Of a stretch of DNA of 64,000 nucleotides, positions 9,113 to 18,800 are shown piece after piece (the first letter of the stretch is position 1; the number at the start of each line of letters is the position of its first letter). The translations under genes and the position numbers were made by a program. The stretch comes from an uncultured Chloroflexia bacterium (GTDB lineage Bacteria > Chloroflexota > Limnocylindria > Limnocylindrales > CSP1-4). Location of the stretch: contig CAWHYC010000005.1 of NCBI GenBank assembly GCA_963833535.1, positions 13,395 to 77,394 of the forward strand, read 5' to 3'. Under the pieces are notes generated by a model that ran no database searches, was not told the DNA's origin, and saw nothing but the letters and a program-made list of their open reading frames with translations.

Positions 9113-9529
9113 TCATGGGATCGCGCCCTCCTCGACGGCGAACGCGCGCAGGCGCTCCCGGCACGTGTCGGCGAGGCGCACGACCTGGCGCACGATCCAG
9201 GGATCGACGCGCTGGCTGTCCTCGATCTCGATCGTGCCGCCGGTCAGGTCGTCAGCCACCCGGATGCCGTCGACCGTGCGGTAGTCGGCCAGCCAGTTGG
9301 CCTGCAGCTGGAGGATGGCCGTGGCGACGACGGGTCGCGAGAAGGACCAGTCGACATGCTCGGCGTTGAGCCCATCGACGATGTCGCGCAGCCGGACGGG
9401 CTGGCCGCGAGGGATGCGGGCGACGAGGTGGATGACGCGCAGCGACGCGAACGGATCGCCGGCCTCGGCCACGACCGGTGGTGCGATGTCGGCCTCGGGC
9501 AGGCCGGGTATGTCACGGAGGGTCAGCAT
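9113..9529 (-). CDS. Hypothetical protein
   Basis: Reading from ATG 9529 (MLTLRDIPG...), co-directional and just downstream of the EamA gene. No family recognised. Confidence 0.4.
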   Translation of the reverse strand: MLTLRDIPGLPEADIAPPVVAEAGDPFASLRVIHLVARIPRGQPVRLRDIVDGLNAEHVDWSFSRPVVATAILQLQANWLADYRTVDGIRVADDLTGGTIEIEDSQRVDPWIVRQVVRLADTCRERLRAFAVEEGAIP

Positions 9530-9610
9530 CGGGGACGCTCGAATTCCGACCTCTGGAGTCTGAGATAGTTCCGGGAGTCTAGCGCGGCCTCGGGCCACTG
9601 TCACCAACCG

Positions 9611-10597
9611 CTAACAGTTCGGCAGCGGCGGATCCTGGCTCGACGCGACGGTAAACGTCGGTCGGACTGCGGGCCTGCCTGCGGCTCCGGGTTCGGGAGC
9701 TTCTTCGACCTCGGCCGCCGCGGTCGGCTGAGCGGCCGATCTTCGGGCGAATGCCCCGATGTAGACCCCGAGCAGGACGATGGTCCCACCGACCAGGAAG
9801 CCCAGACTCGGGATGTCGCCGACGAGGCTCGCGGCTACCGCGACCGTGACCAGCGGCATCAGCAGGAACTGATAGGCCGCCTTGCTCGCCGGCCACTCGT
9901 GGAGCACCCGCAAAGCGAGCGCAAAGACGCCGACGGAGCCGAACGTCACCAGGTACGCGACGGCAAGCCACGTCGTGCTCTGTGAAGGCAACGTGCGCGG
10001 CTCGCCGCTGATGACCGACAAGCCGAGCAGGAAGGACACCCCGACGGTCATGCCCACGGCGTTCATCACGTATGGGTCCGTGCCGCGTGCGCCTCGAGCG
10101 ACGATGCCCGACTCCGCGATGACGACGGCGCCCGCCAGCAGGGCCACGAGTGATGTCAGCGGGACGTCACCTGAGAGCTGATCGTTGAAGATGACGACGA
10201 TCCCGGCCGCCGAGACGATCGCACCAAGCAGCCCTCTGACCTGGAAGCGCTCCTGGCGCTGCGCCACCGCCAGCAGGAGGGTGAGAAGCGGCACCAAGGC
10301 GAGGGTCACTTGGCCTGGGCCCGCATGGGCTTCCTTGAGGCCGAAGTAGAGGAAGGCGTAGCTGAGCCCGAAGGCGAGCAGGCCGTAAGCGATCGGCGTA
10401 CGCAGCGCTCGGCCACGTGGCAGCCGCGGCTGCCGAACGGCCACGAGCAACCAGAAGATGGCGCCGGCAAAGAGGAAGCGGAGCGCAGCGCCCCAGAACG
10501 GCGCCAACTCGGCGTTGCTCGCGCGGACCGCGACGGCATTGACGCCGGCGAAGAGCACCACGCCCAGGAAAGCCAGGATGGTGCCCCGCTCATTCAT
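9611..10597 (-). CDS. EamA/DMT-family transporter
   Basis: The C-terminal 328 aa of ORF 9611..11137, starting at MNERGTILAF, has 10 hydrophobic segments typical of the duplicated EamA architecture. Its ATG overlaps the upstream stop (ATGA). Confidence 0.8.
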   Translation of the reverse strand: MNERGTILAFLGVVLFAGVNAVAVRASNAELAPFWGAALRFLFAGAIFWLLVAVRQPRLPRGRALRTPIAYGLLAFGLSYAFLYFGLKEAHAGPGQVTLALVPLLTLLLAVAQRQERFQVRGLLGAIVSAAGIVVIFNDQLSGDVPLTSLVALLAGAVVIAESGIVARGARGTDPYVMNAVGMTVGVSFLLGLSVISGEPRTLPSQSTTWLAVAYLVTFGSVGVFALALRVLHEWPASKAAYQFLLMPLVTVAVAASLVGDIPSLGFLVGGTIVLLGVYIGAFARRSAAQPTAAAEVEEAPEPGAAGRPAVRPTFTVASSQDPPLPNC

Positions 10598-10965
10598 CGT
10601 GGCTCGAGCTGAAGGGTGGTCGGCAGCGTCTCCGGCCGGAGCATCGTGCGCAATGCGGAGTCCCCAGCGTACTTTCGTCTCAGTCCGCGAGAACAGCGGT
10701 CGATACTTGGCGCGTCGACCGCCGGCAAGGCGCGCACGGACATCGGCTCGCCTCCCACCCGTAGGATCGAATCGGGGTTGGCCGTCAGCTCGCGAAACCA
10801 GCGGCCCCGCAGGCCGCGCACCGAGCGGATGTAAACCTCGCCGTCCTCGACGACGACCCAGATGACGGTCCGATGGATCGGCGCATCCGGCCCGGCGCGG
10901 GTCTCGATCTCGACCTCCGCCTCGGCGTCGAGGACTGCCAGATCGCGGGACGCGAACGGGCTCAC
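10594..10965 (-). CDS. DUF2255-like protein
   Basis: 123-aa ORF. RTVIWVVVEDGEVYIRSVRGLRGRWFRE resembles DUF2255. It is coupled to the EamA gene. Confidence 0.55.
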   Translation of the reverse strand: MSPFASRDLAVLDAEAEVEIETRAGPDAPIHRTVIWVVVEDGEVYIRSVRGLRGRWFRELTANPDSILRVGGEPMSVRALPAVDAPSIDRCSRGLRRKYAGDSALRTMLRPETLPTTLQLEPR

Positions 10966-10974
10966 GAGCCGAGT

Positions 10975-11523
10975 CTACGGCTCGCCCTTGCCCCTGTCGA
11001 CGGCGCGATCGGACCAGGGCGTGCCCCAGCGCTCGACATGGACGATCTCGGCCAGCGTCTTGCGCTTGCCGACGCGATTGGGCCGGGTCAGCGCCTCGGG
11101 GTCGGCGGGGTAGCCGAACGAGAGCAGGTATGGGCACGCCCAGCCGTCCGGCAGGTCGAGCAGCCGGGTGGCCAGCGAGGGCTCATAGACCGTGGCCGGC
11201 ACGCTCCCGATGCCCAGCTCCCAGGCCGCCAGGATCATGCTCTGTGCGGCTCGCCCAAGATCCCAGGCGTCGTCCGTCCGGGGGATGACGAGCGCTACCG
11301 CGACGGTCGCGCCAGCAAGGTGGCCGGCGAACGGTCCGACCGCTGCCAGCTCGGTCAGGTGGACCCGATCGCTGACGACGATGAAGGCCCAGTCCTGCTC
11401 GTTCTTCGAGCTGCCGGTCCGCCGGGCGGCATCGAGGATGCGGCGCAGGCGGTCGGGCTCGATGGCACGATCGCTGAAGCGTCGCACGACCCGCACCGTG
11501 TCGATGGCGGTCCATGTCTCCAT
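10975..11523 (-). CDS. Nitroreductase-family protein
   Basis: 182-aa ORF. The N-terminus AIDTVRVVRRFSDRAIEPDRLRRILDAARRTGSSKNEQ is typical of NADH/FMN nitroreductases. Confidence 0.8.
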   Translation of the reverse strand: METWTAIDTVRVVRRFSDRAIEPDRLRRILDAARRTGSSKNEQDWAFIVVSDRVHLTELAAVGPFAGHLAGATVAVALVIPRTDDAWDLGRAAQSMILAAWELGIGSVPATVYEPSLATRLLDLPDGWACPYLLSFGYPADPEALTRPNRVGKRKTLAEIVHVERWGTPWSDRAVDRGKGEP

Positions 11524-11533
11524 GGGCCGAAGC

Positions 11534-12919
11534 CTAGCGGTTCGCGACGTATCCCAGCAGTTCGAGTGCCTTGAGCAGCTGGGCGTCGGTGGTCGCCGCC
11601 ACCTTGGCAGGGCTCAGGGCGGCCACCTCGTCGGGCAGGGCGGGGAAGACGTCGGTCGGCAGGTCGACGGTCACGTCGGGCGTGATGCCCTCGTGCCAGA
11701 TCCGCCGGCCTTCTGGCGTCAGCCACTCGACGGTCCCGATGCGCAGCGCAGAGCCGTCGGTCAAAGCGAACTCGCCCAGTACGGTACCTGTTCCGAAGGT
11801 CTTGACGCCGACGACCTTCGCGCGGCCGGCATCCTGCAGGGCACCGGCGGTGATCTCGGACGAGCTCGCCGTACCTGCATCGACGAGCACCACGATCGGC
11901 AGGTCGAGCGCCACGCCGCCCTCGACGACGTCGTTGGGGTTCACGACGCCATGAGCGTCGCGGGTCTGGTAGACGACGCCATGGGCCAGGAACTGGCTGA
12001 CCACATCGCGGGCCTCGTCGACGTAGCCGCCGGGATTGCCGCGCAGGTCGATCACCGCGCCGGTAGCGCCGGCGGCCTCGGCGGCCGTGAGAGCGGCCTT
12101 GACCTCGTCGGCCGAGCCCGACTGGAACTGATCGAGCCGGATGTCGGCGATGGTCGAGCCCGGGACCATCGTCCAGGAGACGGCCGGTCGATCGATCTTG
12201 GCGCGCTTTACCACGACCTCGAGCGGTTCGGCCTGCCCGGTCCGCTCGATGGACAGACGAACCTCCGTGCCCTCGGGGCCGCGCACGCGGTCGACGATGT
12301 CGTCGAGCGCGGAGCCCGCGATCTTCGTGTCGTCGACGGCGACGATGATGTCGCCGCGACGGAGGCCGGCCTGCTTCGCCGGGCTGCCGGCGAAGACGTC
12401 CACGATGCGCGCGCCCTTCGCGTCGGTGTCGACCTGGACGCCGATGCCGACGAACGAGCCGGACAGGTCCTGGCGCGCGTTCTCGCGCTCGGTGGGGGTC
12501 AGGAAGCGAGTGTGGCCGGTATCCCCGGTCGCCTGGGCGAGCGCGTCGATGGCCGCGTAGGCGAGCGCCTTCGAGTCCAGGTCTCGCGCGCCGACGTACT
12601 CGGTGTGCAGCAGATCCCATGCCTGTCGGATGAGATCGAAGTCGGCAGCGTTGGGCGTCTCCTGGACGACCTCGCGCCCCGGCAGCGCCCCGATGCGCTC
12701 GAGGCCGGCGCCGGCGGTGAAGACGGCGACGATGAGGACCCCAGCCCCGATGACCACGGCCGCCGTGCGCAGCCGGCGCCGGACCGCGCTGCGCGATGGC
12801 GTCGGGTTCGGCTGGGGACCGAGTGGCGGAGCCGGATCGGTGGACCCGCCCTCCGCTGGTGTCAGAGCGGCGGGTAGATCCGTCATGTCGACGGATGGTT
12901 CGCGAGGGTCGGTGGGCAT
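11534..12919 (-). CDS. S41-family C-terminal processing peptidase (membrane anchored, PDZ domain)
   Basis: 461-aa ORF with an N-terminal TM segment, a PDZ-like region (GSPAKQAGLRRGDIIVAVDD) and the S41 motif DLRGNPGGYVDEA. Confidence 0.85.
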   Translation of the reverse strand: MPTDPREPSVDMTDLPAALTPAEGGSTDPAPPLGPQPNPTPSRSAVRRRLRTAAVVIGAGVLIVAVFTAGAGLERIGALPGREVVQETPNAADFDLIRQAWDLLHTEYVGARDLDSKALAYAAIDALAQATGDTGHTRFLTPTERENARQDLSGSFVGIGVQVDTDAKGARIVDVFAGSPAKQAGLRRGDIIVAVDDTKIAGSALDDIVDRVRGPEGTEVRLSIERTGQAEPLEVVVKRAKIDRPAVSWTMVPGSTIADIRLDQFQSGSADEVKAALTAAEAAGATGAVIDLRGNPGGYVDEARDVVSQFLAHGVVYQTRDAHGVVNPNDVVEGGVALDLPIVVLVDAGTASSSEITAGALQDAGRAKVVGVKTFGTGTVLGEFALTDGSALRIGTVEWLTPEGRRIWHEGITPDVTVDLPTDVFPALPDEVAALSPAKVAATTDAQLLKALELLGYVANR

Positions 12920-12933
12920 CGATCGAGTCCTTC

Positions 12934-12975
12934 GGAGGCGGCGAGCTGGGCGTGGGAGGCGGCGAGATCGGCGTG
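12934..12975. repeat. Two tandem 21-bp direct repeats upstream of the S41 peptidase start
   Basis: GGAGGCGGCGAGCTGGGCGTG / GGAGGCGGCGAGATCGGCGTG (19/21 identical), located 15-56 nt upstream of ATG 12919. Confidence 0.6.
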
Positions 12976-12979
12976 GAGC

Positions 12980-13011
12980 GTGAGCGCCCGTCTCCTCCCT
13001 CGGGCGCTCAC
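12980..13011 (-). terminator. GC-rich hairpin downstream of the aminomutase gene
   Basis: 11-bp perfect stem GTGAGCGCCCG/CGGGCGCTCAC with a 10-nt loop and no U-tract. Confidence 0.35.
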
Positions 13012-13105
13012 GGCGGCATCATCGCCCGTCGAGGTTGCGATGGCATAGCCGGGAGGTGAAGGTTCGTACGTCTGGCGACTCCGGCCGAGCCGCGCCGGGG
13101 CGGGC

Positions 13106-14716
13106 CTAGAGGAGCTCCCCGTGGGCCGAGGCGGTCGGCTCCCCCTCGCGCGGACGGGGCTCCTCACCGGGGCCATAGCTCGGCTTCGTGTCGGGGTCGG
13201 GAGGGCCCGTCGTGGCGCTTGCAGGCGCGCCACTCGAGCCGCTCTCCGCCGGCTCTCCGCTGCCGATGACGGGCAACGCCTCTCGTGCCTGACCCTCGAT
13301 AGCCCCCACGCCGTAGGGCACCCATTTCGAGGGATCCTGCAGGCGGTGCTGCTCGGTGTTGCCGCGGCTGTGGATCTCCGTGAAGCCCTTGGGCTCGATC
13401 CACATCCGCTCGCCCTCCAGGAGGCCGAGGACGCCGGACTGACCCGGCTCGGGGCGCTCGTGCTGGCAATAGCGGCAGGTCGCGCTGTCGTGCCGCTCGT
13501 AGGTCGGCGGCTCCTCGTAGGTCGTGATGTAGCCCTCGTAGTTGCGCAGCACGACCTTGTGGTCGGAGTAGCTGATGAGGTAGTTGGGCATGACCGGGAT
13601 CTTGCCGCCGCCGCCCGGCGCATCGATGACGTAGGTCGGCACCGCGTAGCCCGAGGTGTGGCCCCGGAGGCCCTCGATGATCTCGAGGCCCTTGCCGACC
13701 GGCGTCCGGAAGTGGCCGGAACCCTCGACCAGGTCGCACTGGTAGAGGTAGTAGGGCCGGATCCGATTTTCGACCAGCTTGTGGACGAGGCCGCGCTGGA
13801 TGTGCACGCAGTCGTTGACGCCCGCCAGCAGGACCGACTGGTTGCCGACCGGCAGCCCGGCCCTGGTCAGCCGATCGACCGCGCGCGACACCTCGGGCGT
13901 GATCTCGTCGGGGTGGTTGAAGTGGAGGTTGATCCAGAGCGGGTGGTACTGCTCGAGCATCGCGCACAGCTCGTCGTCGATGCGCTGCGGCAGGAAGACC
14001 GGCACACGGGAGCCGATGCGGATGATCTCGATGTGCGGGATCTCCCGAAGGCCGCGCAGGATCGACTCGAAGAGCTTTGGCGCCAGGGTCAGGCCGTCGC
14101 CACCGGAGATGAGCACGTCGCGTACCTGGGGCGTGCGACGCAGGTACTCGAGCTGCGCCTCGTGCTCCTTGCGGTTGAAGTTCTGCGTGGGATCGCCCAC
14201 GATCCGCGATCGCGTGCAGTAGCGGCAGTACGACGCGCACTGCGTCGTGACCAGCATCAGCACCCGATCCGGGTACCGATGCACCAGGCCGGGCACCGGC
14301 GAGTGGCGATCCTCGGCCAGCGAGTCTTCCATCATCGCCGTGAACGCCTGCTGTTCGCGGCCGGTCGGGATGACCTGGCGGCGGATGGGGTCGGTCGGGT
14401 CCTTGGGATCGATGAGGCTGATGAAGTAGGGCGTGATGTCGACGCGGAACTTGTCCGGCGCGGAGAGGCCCTCGCGCTCGTCGTCGGTCAGCTCCAGGAT
14501 GTCCTCGATCTCCGCCAGGTCGTTGACCCGGTTCGAGAGCTGCCAGCGCCAGTCGTCCCACTTCTCATCGGGCACGTCCGCCCACTTCGGCGCCCGGCGG
14601 CTGCGGGCGGGTAGCCCGTCCGGACCGAGGGCTCGGGCCGGATCGCGGCGATTGACGAAGGGCGCTGCATCGGCCGCCCCTGCGGCGACAGCGGCCTTGA
14701 TCTCCTGCTCGTTCAC
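13106..14716 (-). CDS. KamA-family radical SAM protein (lysine 2,3-aminomutase-like) with long C-terminal tail
   Basis: 536-aa ORF with a GTG start, the cluster motif CASYCRYCTRS and KamA-like core segments (LISGGDGL, GNQSVLLAGVND), plus a ~120-aa Pro/Gly/Ser/Glu-rich tail. Confidence 0.85.
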   Translation of the reverse strand: MNEQEIKAAVAAGAADAAPFVNRRDPARALGPDGLPARSRRAPKWADVPDEKWDDWRWQLSNRVNDLAEIEDILELTDDEREGLSAPDKFRVDITPYFISLIDPKDPTDPIRRQVIPTGREQQAFTAMMEDSLAEDRHSPVPGLVHRYPDRVLMLVTTQCASYCRYCTRSRIVGDPTQNFNRKEHEAQLEYLRRTPQVRDVLISGGDGLTLAPKLFESILRGLREIPHIEIIRIGSRVPVFLPQRIDDELCAMLEQYHPLWINLHFNHPDEITPEVSRAVDRLTRAGLPVGNQSVLLAGVNDCVHIQRGLVHKLVENRIRPYYLYQCDLVEGSGHFRTPVGKGLEIIEGLRGHTSGYAVPTYVIDAPGGGGKIPVMPNYLISYSDHKVVLRNYEGYITTYEEPPTYERHDSATCRYCQHERPEPGQSGVLGLLEGERMWIEPKGFTEIHSRGNTEQHRLQDPSKWVPYGVGAIEGQAREALPVIGSGEPAESGSSGAPASATTGPPDPDTKPSYGPGEEPRPREGEPTASAHGELL

Positions 14717-14746
14717 GCTCGGTCCTCGGGTCGCTTCGATCGCTGA

Positions 14747-14763
14747 TGCATAGAAAGTATGCA
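14747..14763. promoter_or_regulatory. Palindrome TGCATA-N5-TATGCA in the divergent intergenic region
   Basis: Perfect 6-bp arms in an AT-richer patch between the aminomutase gene and the membrane-protein gene. Confidence 0.3.
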
Positions 14764-14818
14764 GACTGGATGGCGCATCATAGCGCCGGACGGACCCTTT
14801 CGCCAGCCGGTACTTTGC

Positions 14819-14824
14819 TAGACT
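14819..14824 (+). promoter_or_regulatory. -10 box (TGcTAGACT) close to the ATG at 14833
   Basis: TAGACT preceded by TGc, then 8 nt to the ATG. The same TGCTAGACT is seen upstream of tRNA-Arg. Confidence 0.4.
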
Positions 14825-14832
14825 GCGCGGCG

Positions 14833-15240
14833 ATGAAAGTCATCGGCGGGCTCGTCTTCCTCGGCTTCGTCGTCTTCATGCTGGCCTGCCTGATCGCGAC
14901 CTTCGTCGACGCCGCGTCGCAGGTCCCGGGTGCGGCACCGTACCTTGCGCTGCTATCCGCGACGATCCTCGGCACGCTCACCATCTACATCGTCTTCAGG
15001 GCGGCACGCGTGCCGGAGAGCCGCACGGTCCAGTGGGTGCGCAGCATCGTGGGACCCAATGGCCGCTACCTCTTCGGCCTGCTCGTCCTGCTCTGGATCG
15101 GGTACATGTTCGTGCTCAGCAATCTGCCCACGCAGGCCAACGGCGCGCCATCGGCGCTCGTCGGCGGCCTGGCGTTCATCGGTCTCCTGGCCGGCACCTT
15201 CTTCTTCCTGGGTTTCATCTGGTCGGTGATCACCGAATAG
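14833..15240 (+). CDS. Hypothetical membrane protein
   Basis: 135-aa reading from MKVIGGLVFLGFVVFML with four hydrophobic segments. No family recognised. Confidence 0.5.
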   Translation: MKVIGGLVFLGFVVFMLACLIATFVDAASQVPGAAPYLALLSATILGTLTIYIVFRAARVPESRTVQWVRSIVGPNGRYLFGLLVLLWIGYMFVLSNLPTQANGAPSALVGGLAFIGLLAGTFFFLGFIWSVITE

Positions 15241-15307
15241 CCCAGCGGCCGAGCCCGCGGCCCTCTCGGCGGCGGCGCGTTCGCCGCGCCTCGGCGATGA
15301 TGGCGCG

Positions 15308-15851
15308 GTGAAGATCGTGACCATCGATTGGCTGCCGGAAGCAGGCCCGGTTCGAGGCACGTGGTGGCCATCCAGGCCAGGTCGTGACCATCAACGCTCC
15401 GCACGACGGTGCCGCGACCGGGTTCAGCGCATCGGAGCTCCTGCTGGCCGGTGTCGGCAGCTGTTCGGCCTGGGACGTGGTCGAGATCCTGCGCAAGCAG
15501 CGGCAGCGGGTCTCGACGATCGAGGTCCGTGTCGAAGGCGATCAGGCCGCCGACCCGCCATGGGCCTACGAACACGTTCGACTTCACTACACGGTCACCG
15601 GTCAGCGCCTCAACGTGAGCAAGGTCCGCAAGGCGGTCGAGCTGAGCGAACGCCGCTATTGCACGGTCATCGCCACCATCCGTGGCGTGGCCGAGGTCAC
15701 CTGCCTCGTCGAGGTGCGCGAGGCAGTCGCCGAGGGTGGCGCCGACCGGCGGCCGACGGTGGCGCCGAGCCGGCGCCTGAGCCGATCCACGCCTCCGAAA
15801 CAGCAGTCTCCGACGCGACCGCCTGACCACGAGCGGTCGCCCGATCACGCG
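15308..15851 (+). pseudogene. OsmC/Ohr-family protein, frame change near 15349 and no stop before the next gene
   Basis: The N-terminus MKIVTIDWLPEAGP is in the frame of GTG 15308. The rest (FEARGGHPGQVVTINAP...ASELLLAGVGSCSAWDVV...SERRYCTVIATIRG) is in the frame of 15384. The frame stays open into the MMPL ATG at 15852, so the 3' end is undefined. Confidence 0.55.
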
Positions 15852-18800
15852 ATGACTCAGCCGAGCACGGACGCCCCGGGCCGCCGGTCGGTCTTCGCGC
15901 GCACGGGGTCGTTCGTCGTCCGGCATCGGAGGGCGGTCGTCGTCTGCTGGCTGGTGGCCGTCGTGGCGGCGCTGCCCTTCGCGCCGCGTGCCGGCTCGGC
16001 GCTCCAGGCCGGTGGCTTCACGTCCGACACGCTGGAAGCCGCCCAGGCTCGCAAGGTGCTGGTCGATGCGCTCGGCCTGGCGCCGTCGCAGCTGGCCATA
16101 GTCCTCCAGAGCGAGACCGACGCACGCGCTGGGGACGTGGCCTTCGAGGCGGCGGTGGCCGCGGTCATCCACGACGTGCCGTCGGCGGCCCACGTGGTCG
16201 GCGTGTTGCCACACACGGTGTCGCCACGGCAGGTCAGCGCCGACGGCCGGACCGTCTACGAGGTCGTCGAGCTCGACCTCAGCCCCGATGACTCGCCGGA
16301 TGCCCTGGCGCCGGTCTCCGCTGCGCTACACAGCGTGCCCGGGGTCCGGGCGCTGCTGGCCGGCGGCCCGGCCTTCTACGGTGACATCCAGTCGGTCTCC
16401 GAGCGCGACCTCCAGCGAGCCGAGCTCATCTCGCTGCCCTTGGCGGCCGTCGCGCTGCTGCTGGTCTTCGGCTCGGTCGTCGCGGCCGGCGTCCCACTGG
16501 TCGTCGGCGGCGCGGCCGTGGTCGTCGCGCTGGCCACCATCTTCGTCCTGGCGACGCTGACGCCGATGAGCATCTTCGTGCTCAACCTCGCCACGCTGCT
16601 CGGGCTCGGCCTCGGCGTCGACTACTCCCTGCTCATGACCAGCCGCTTCCGCGAGGAGCTGGCTCGTCTCGGTGGCGGTCGGCGGGCGGACGGCTCGGTC
16701 GATCAGGAGGCCGTCGATGCGGCGGTCGTGGCGACCGTCGCGACGGCCGGTCGGGCGGTCTTCTTCAGCGGCCTGACCGTCCTGCTCGGCCTGTGCGGCC
16801 TGCTGCTGTTCGAGTTCATGATCCTGCGCTCGGTCGGCATCGCCGGCGCCATCGTGGTCGGCATGGCCGCCCTGGCAGCGCTGACGCTCCTGCCGGCCGG
16901 CCTGGGGCTGCTCGGCCCGCGGCTCGAACGGCTGTCGATCCCGCGACGCGGGAGGCCCAGATCGCGGGCGTCGGCGCACCGGGCGAGGCGTCGGGCCTGC
17001 CCGACGCAGCCATACCGGGCGGGGCCGCCGCTGCCGGTCGCTGGGAGTGGCTCGCCGAGCGCGTCATGGACCATCCCTGGCGCGTCTTCGTGCCCACGCT
17101 CGGCCTGCTGCTCCTGCTCGGCGTGCCCTTCCTCCATGTGCGCTTCAATGCGCCGGACGCCTCGATCCTGCCGCCCGACGTGCCGTCGCGGGAGGCCTAC
17201 GAGATCCTCGCCCGGGAGTTCGGCGAGGGCGAGTTCGCGCCCCTCATCCTGGCCGTCCGGACCGACGGGGAGGCCACCTCGCCCCGCAACATCGGGCTGC
17301 TCTTCGACTGGAGCCGACGCCTGGCGCTCGATCCGCGGATCAGGCGCGTCGACTCGATCGTGGACATCGACCCACGCATCTCGAAGACCCAGTACCAGCT
17401 CCTCTACGGATCGCCGGCCGGGGTCCCGGACCGATTCGCGGCAACGGCTCTGGCGGCGACGACCAGCGGCGACCTGACGACCGTTCAGATTGACGACGCC
17501 CTATGGGCCGAATGCGCCGGAAGGCCGGGCGCTGGTCAAGGCGCTGCGCGACCCCGCCGGTCCGCTGGCGCCCCCGGCCGGCCTGACCGTCCTCGTCGGG
17601 GGCGGCGCCGCAGAGGTGACCGACGTCGTCGACCGCATCGCGCGCCGACTTCCCGCGCACGGCCCTGTTCATCTTCGTGACCACCTACCTCGTCCTTTTC
17701 CTGCTGCTGCGCTCGGTCGTGCTGCCGCTCAAGGCGCTGGTCATGAACAGCCTCTCGATCCTGGCCAGCTTCGGCGCCCTCGTCTGGATCTTCCAGGATG
17801 GCAACCTCTCGTCCCCGCTCGGCTTCTCGCCGCTCGGCTTCGTCGAGACGACCCAGCCAGTCATCCTGTTCTGCGTCCTCTTCGGGCTGTCGATGGACTA
17901 CGAGGTCTTCCTGCTCTCGCGCATGAAGGAGGTCTACGACCAGACCGGCGACAACCGCCTGGCCGTCGCTCGCGGGCTGGCACGGAGCGGACGCATCGTG
18001 ACCTCGGCCGCGCTCATCGTGGTCCTCGTGGCTGGCTCGTTCGCCTTCGCCACCATCACCCTGATCAAGGCGCTGGGGATCGGCATGGCCATCGCCGTGG
18101 CCCTCGACGCGACGGTCGTTCGGGCGCTCCTGGTGCCTTCGACGATGCGACTGTTGGGCGACTGGAACTGGTGGCTCCCGCGTCGGCTGGAACGCTTCCT
18201 GGCCGCTCGGTTGCCGGTCATCGAGGGCGCCACGCTCGCCTCGGCGACGTCAGTGCTGCTTGTCTCGTTGGCAGCGGTCGTCCTGCTGGCGGCCTGCTCG
18301 CCGGCCGGTCGGGTCCTGGGCACCGACCCCGTCCCGCGGCCGACGGCGCCGGTCGCCACCTCACGGCCGGTCGCAGCCGCCGATCCGGTGCCCATCCTCC
18401 TGCCGGCGGACGACGCCCCCCACGACCGCCTGACCGAGTGGTGGTACTACACCGGCCACCTGCGGGCCGACGACGGTCGCCGCTTCGGCTTCGAGTACGT
18501 CATCTTCCGGGCCGAGCGCGGCACCTTCCCGGTCAGCTGGGCCTCGCACCTCGCCCTGACCGACGAGTCGGGCCGACGCTTCCGCTACGACCAGCGCTCG
18601 GAGGTCGGGCCGCAGGTCGATCGATCGTTGCAGGGTCAGGGCTTCGACCTGGCGATCGCGGCTCGTGACCCGATGGGGCGACCGCTGCCCGACGCCACCC
18701 CCTGGACGATGCAGGGTGCCGACGGCCACGACCGACTGGCAGCCATGAGCGCGAGTGACGGCTTCGGCCTGGACCTGGCCCTCGGGCCGGACGAGCGGCC

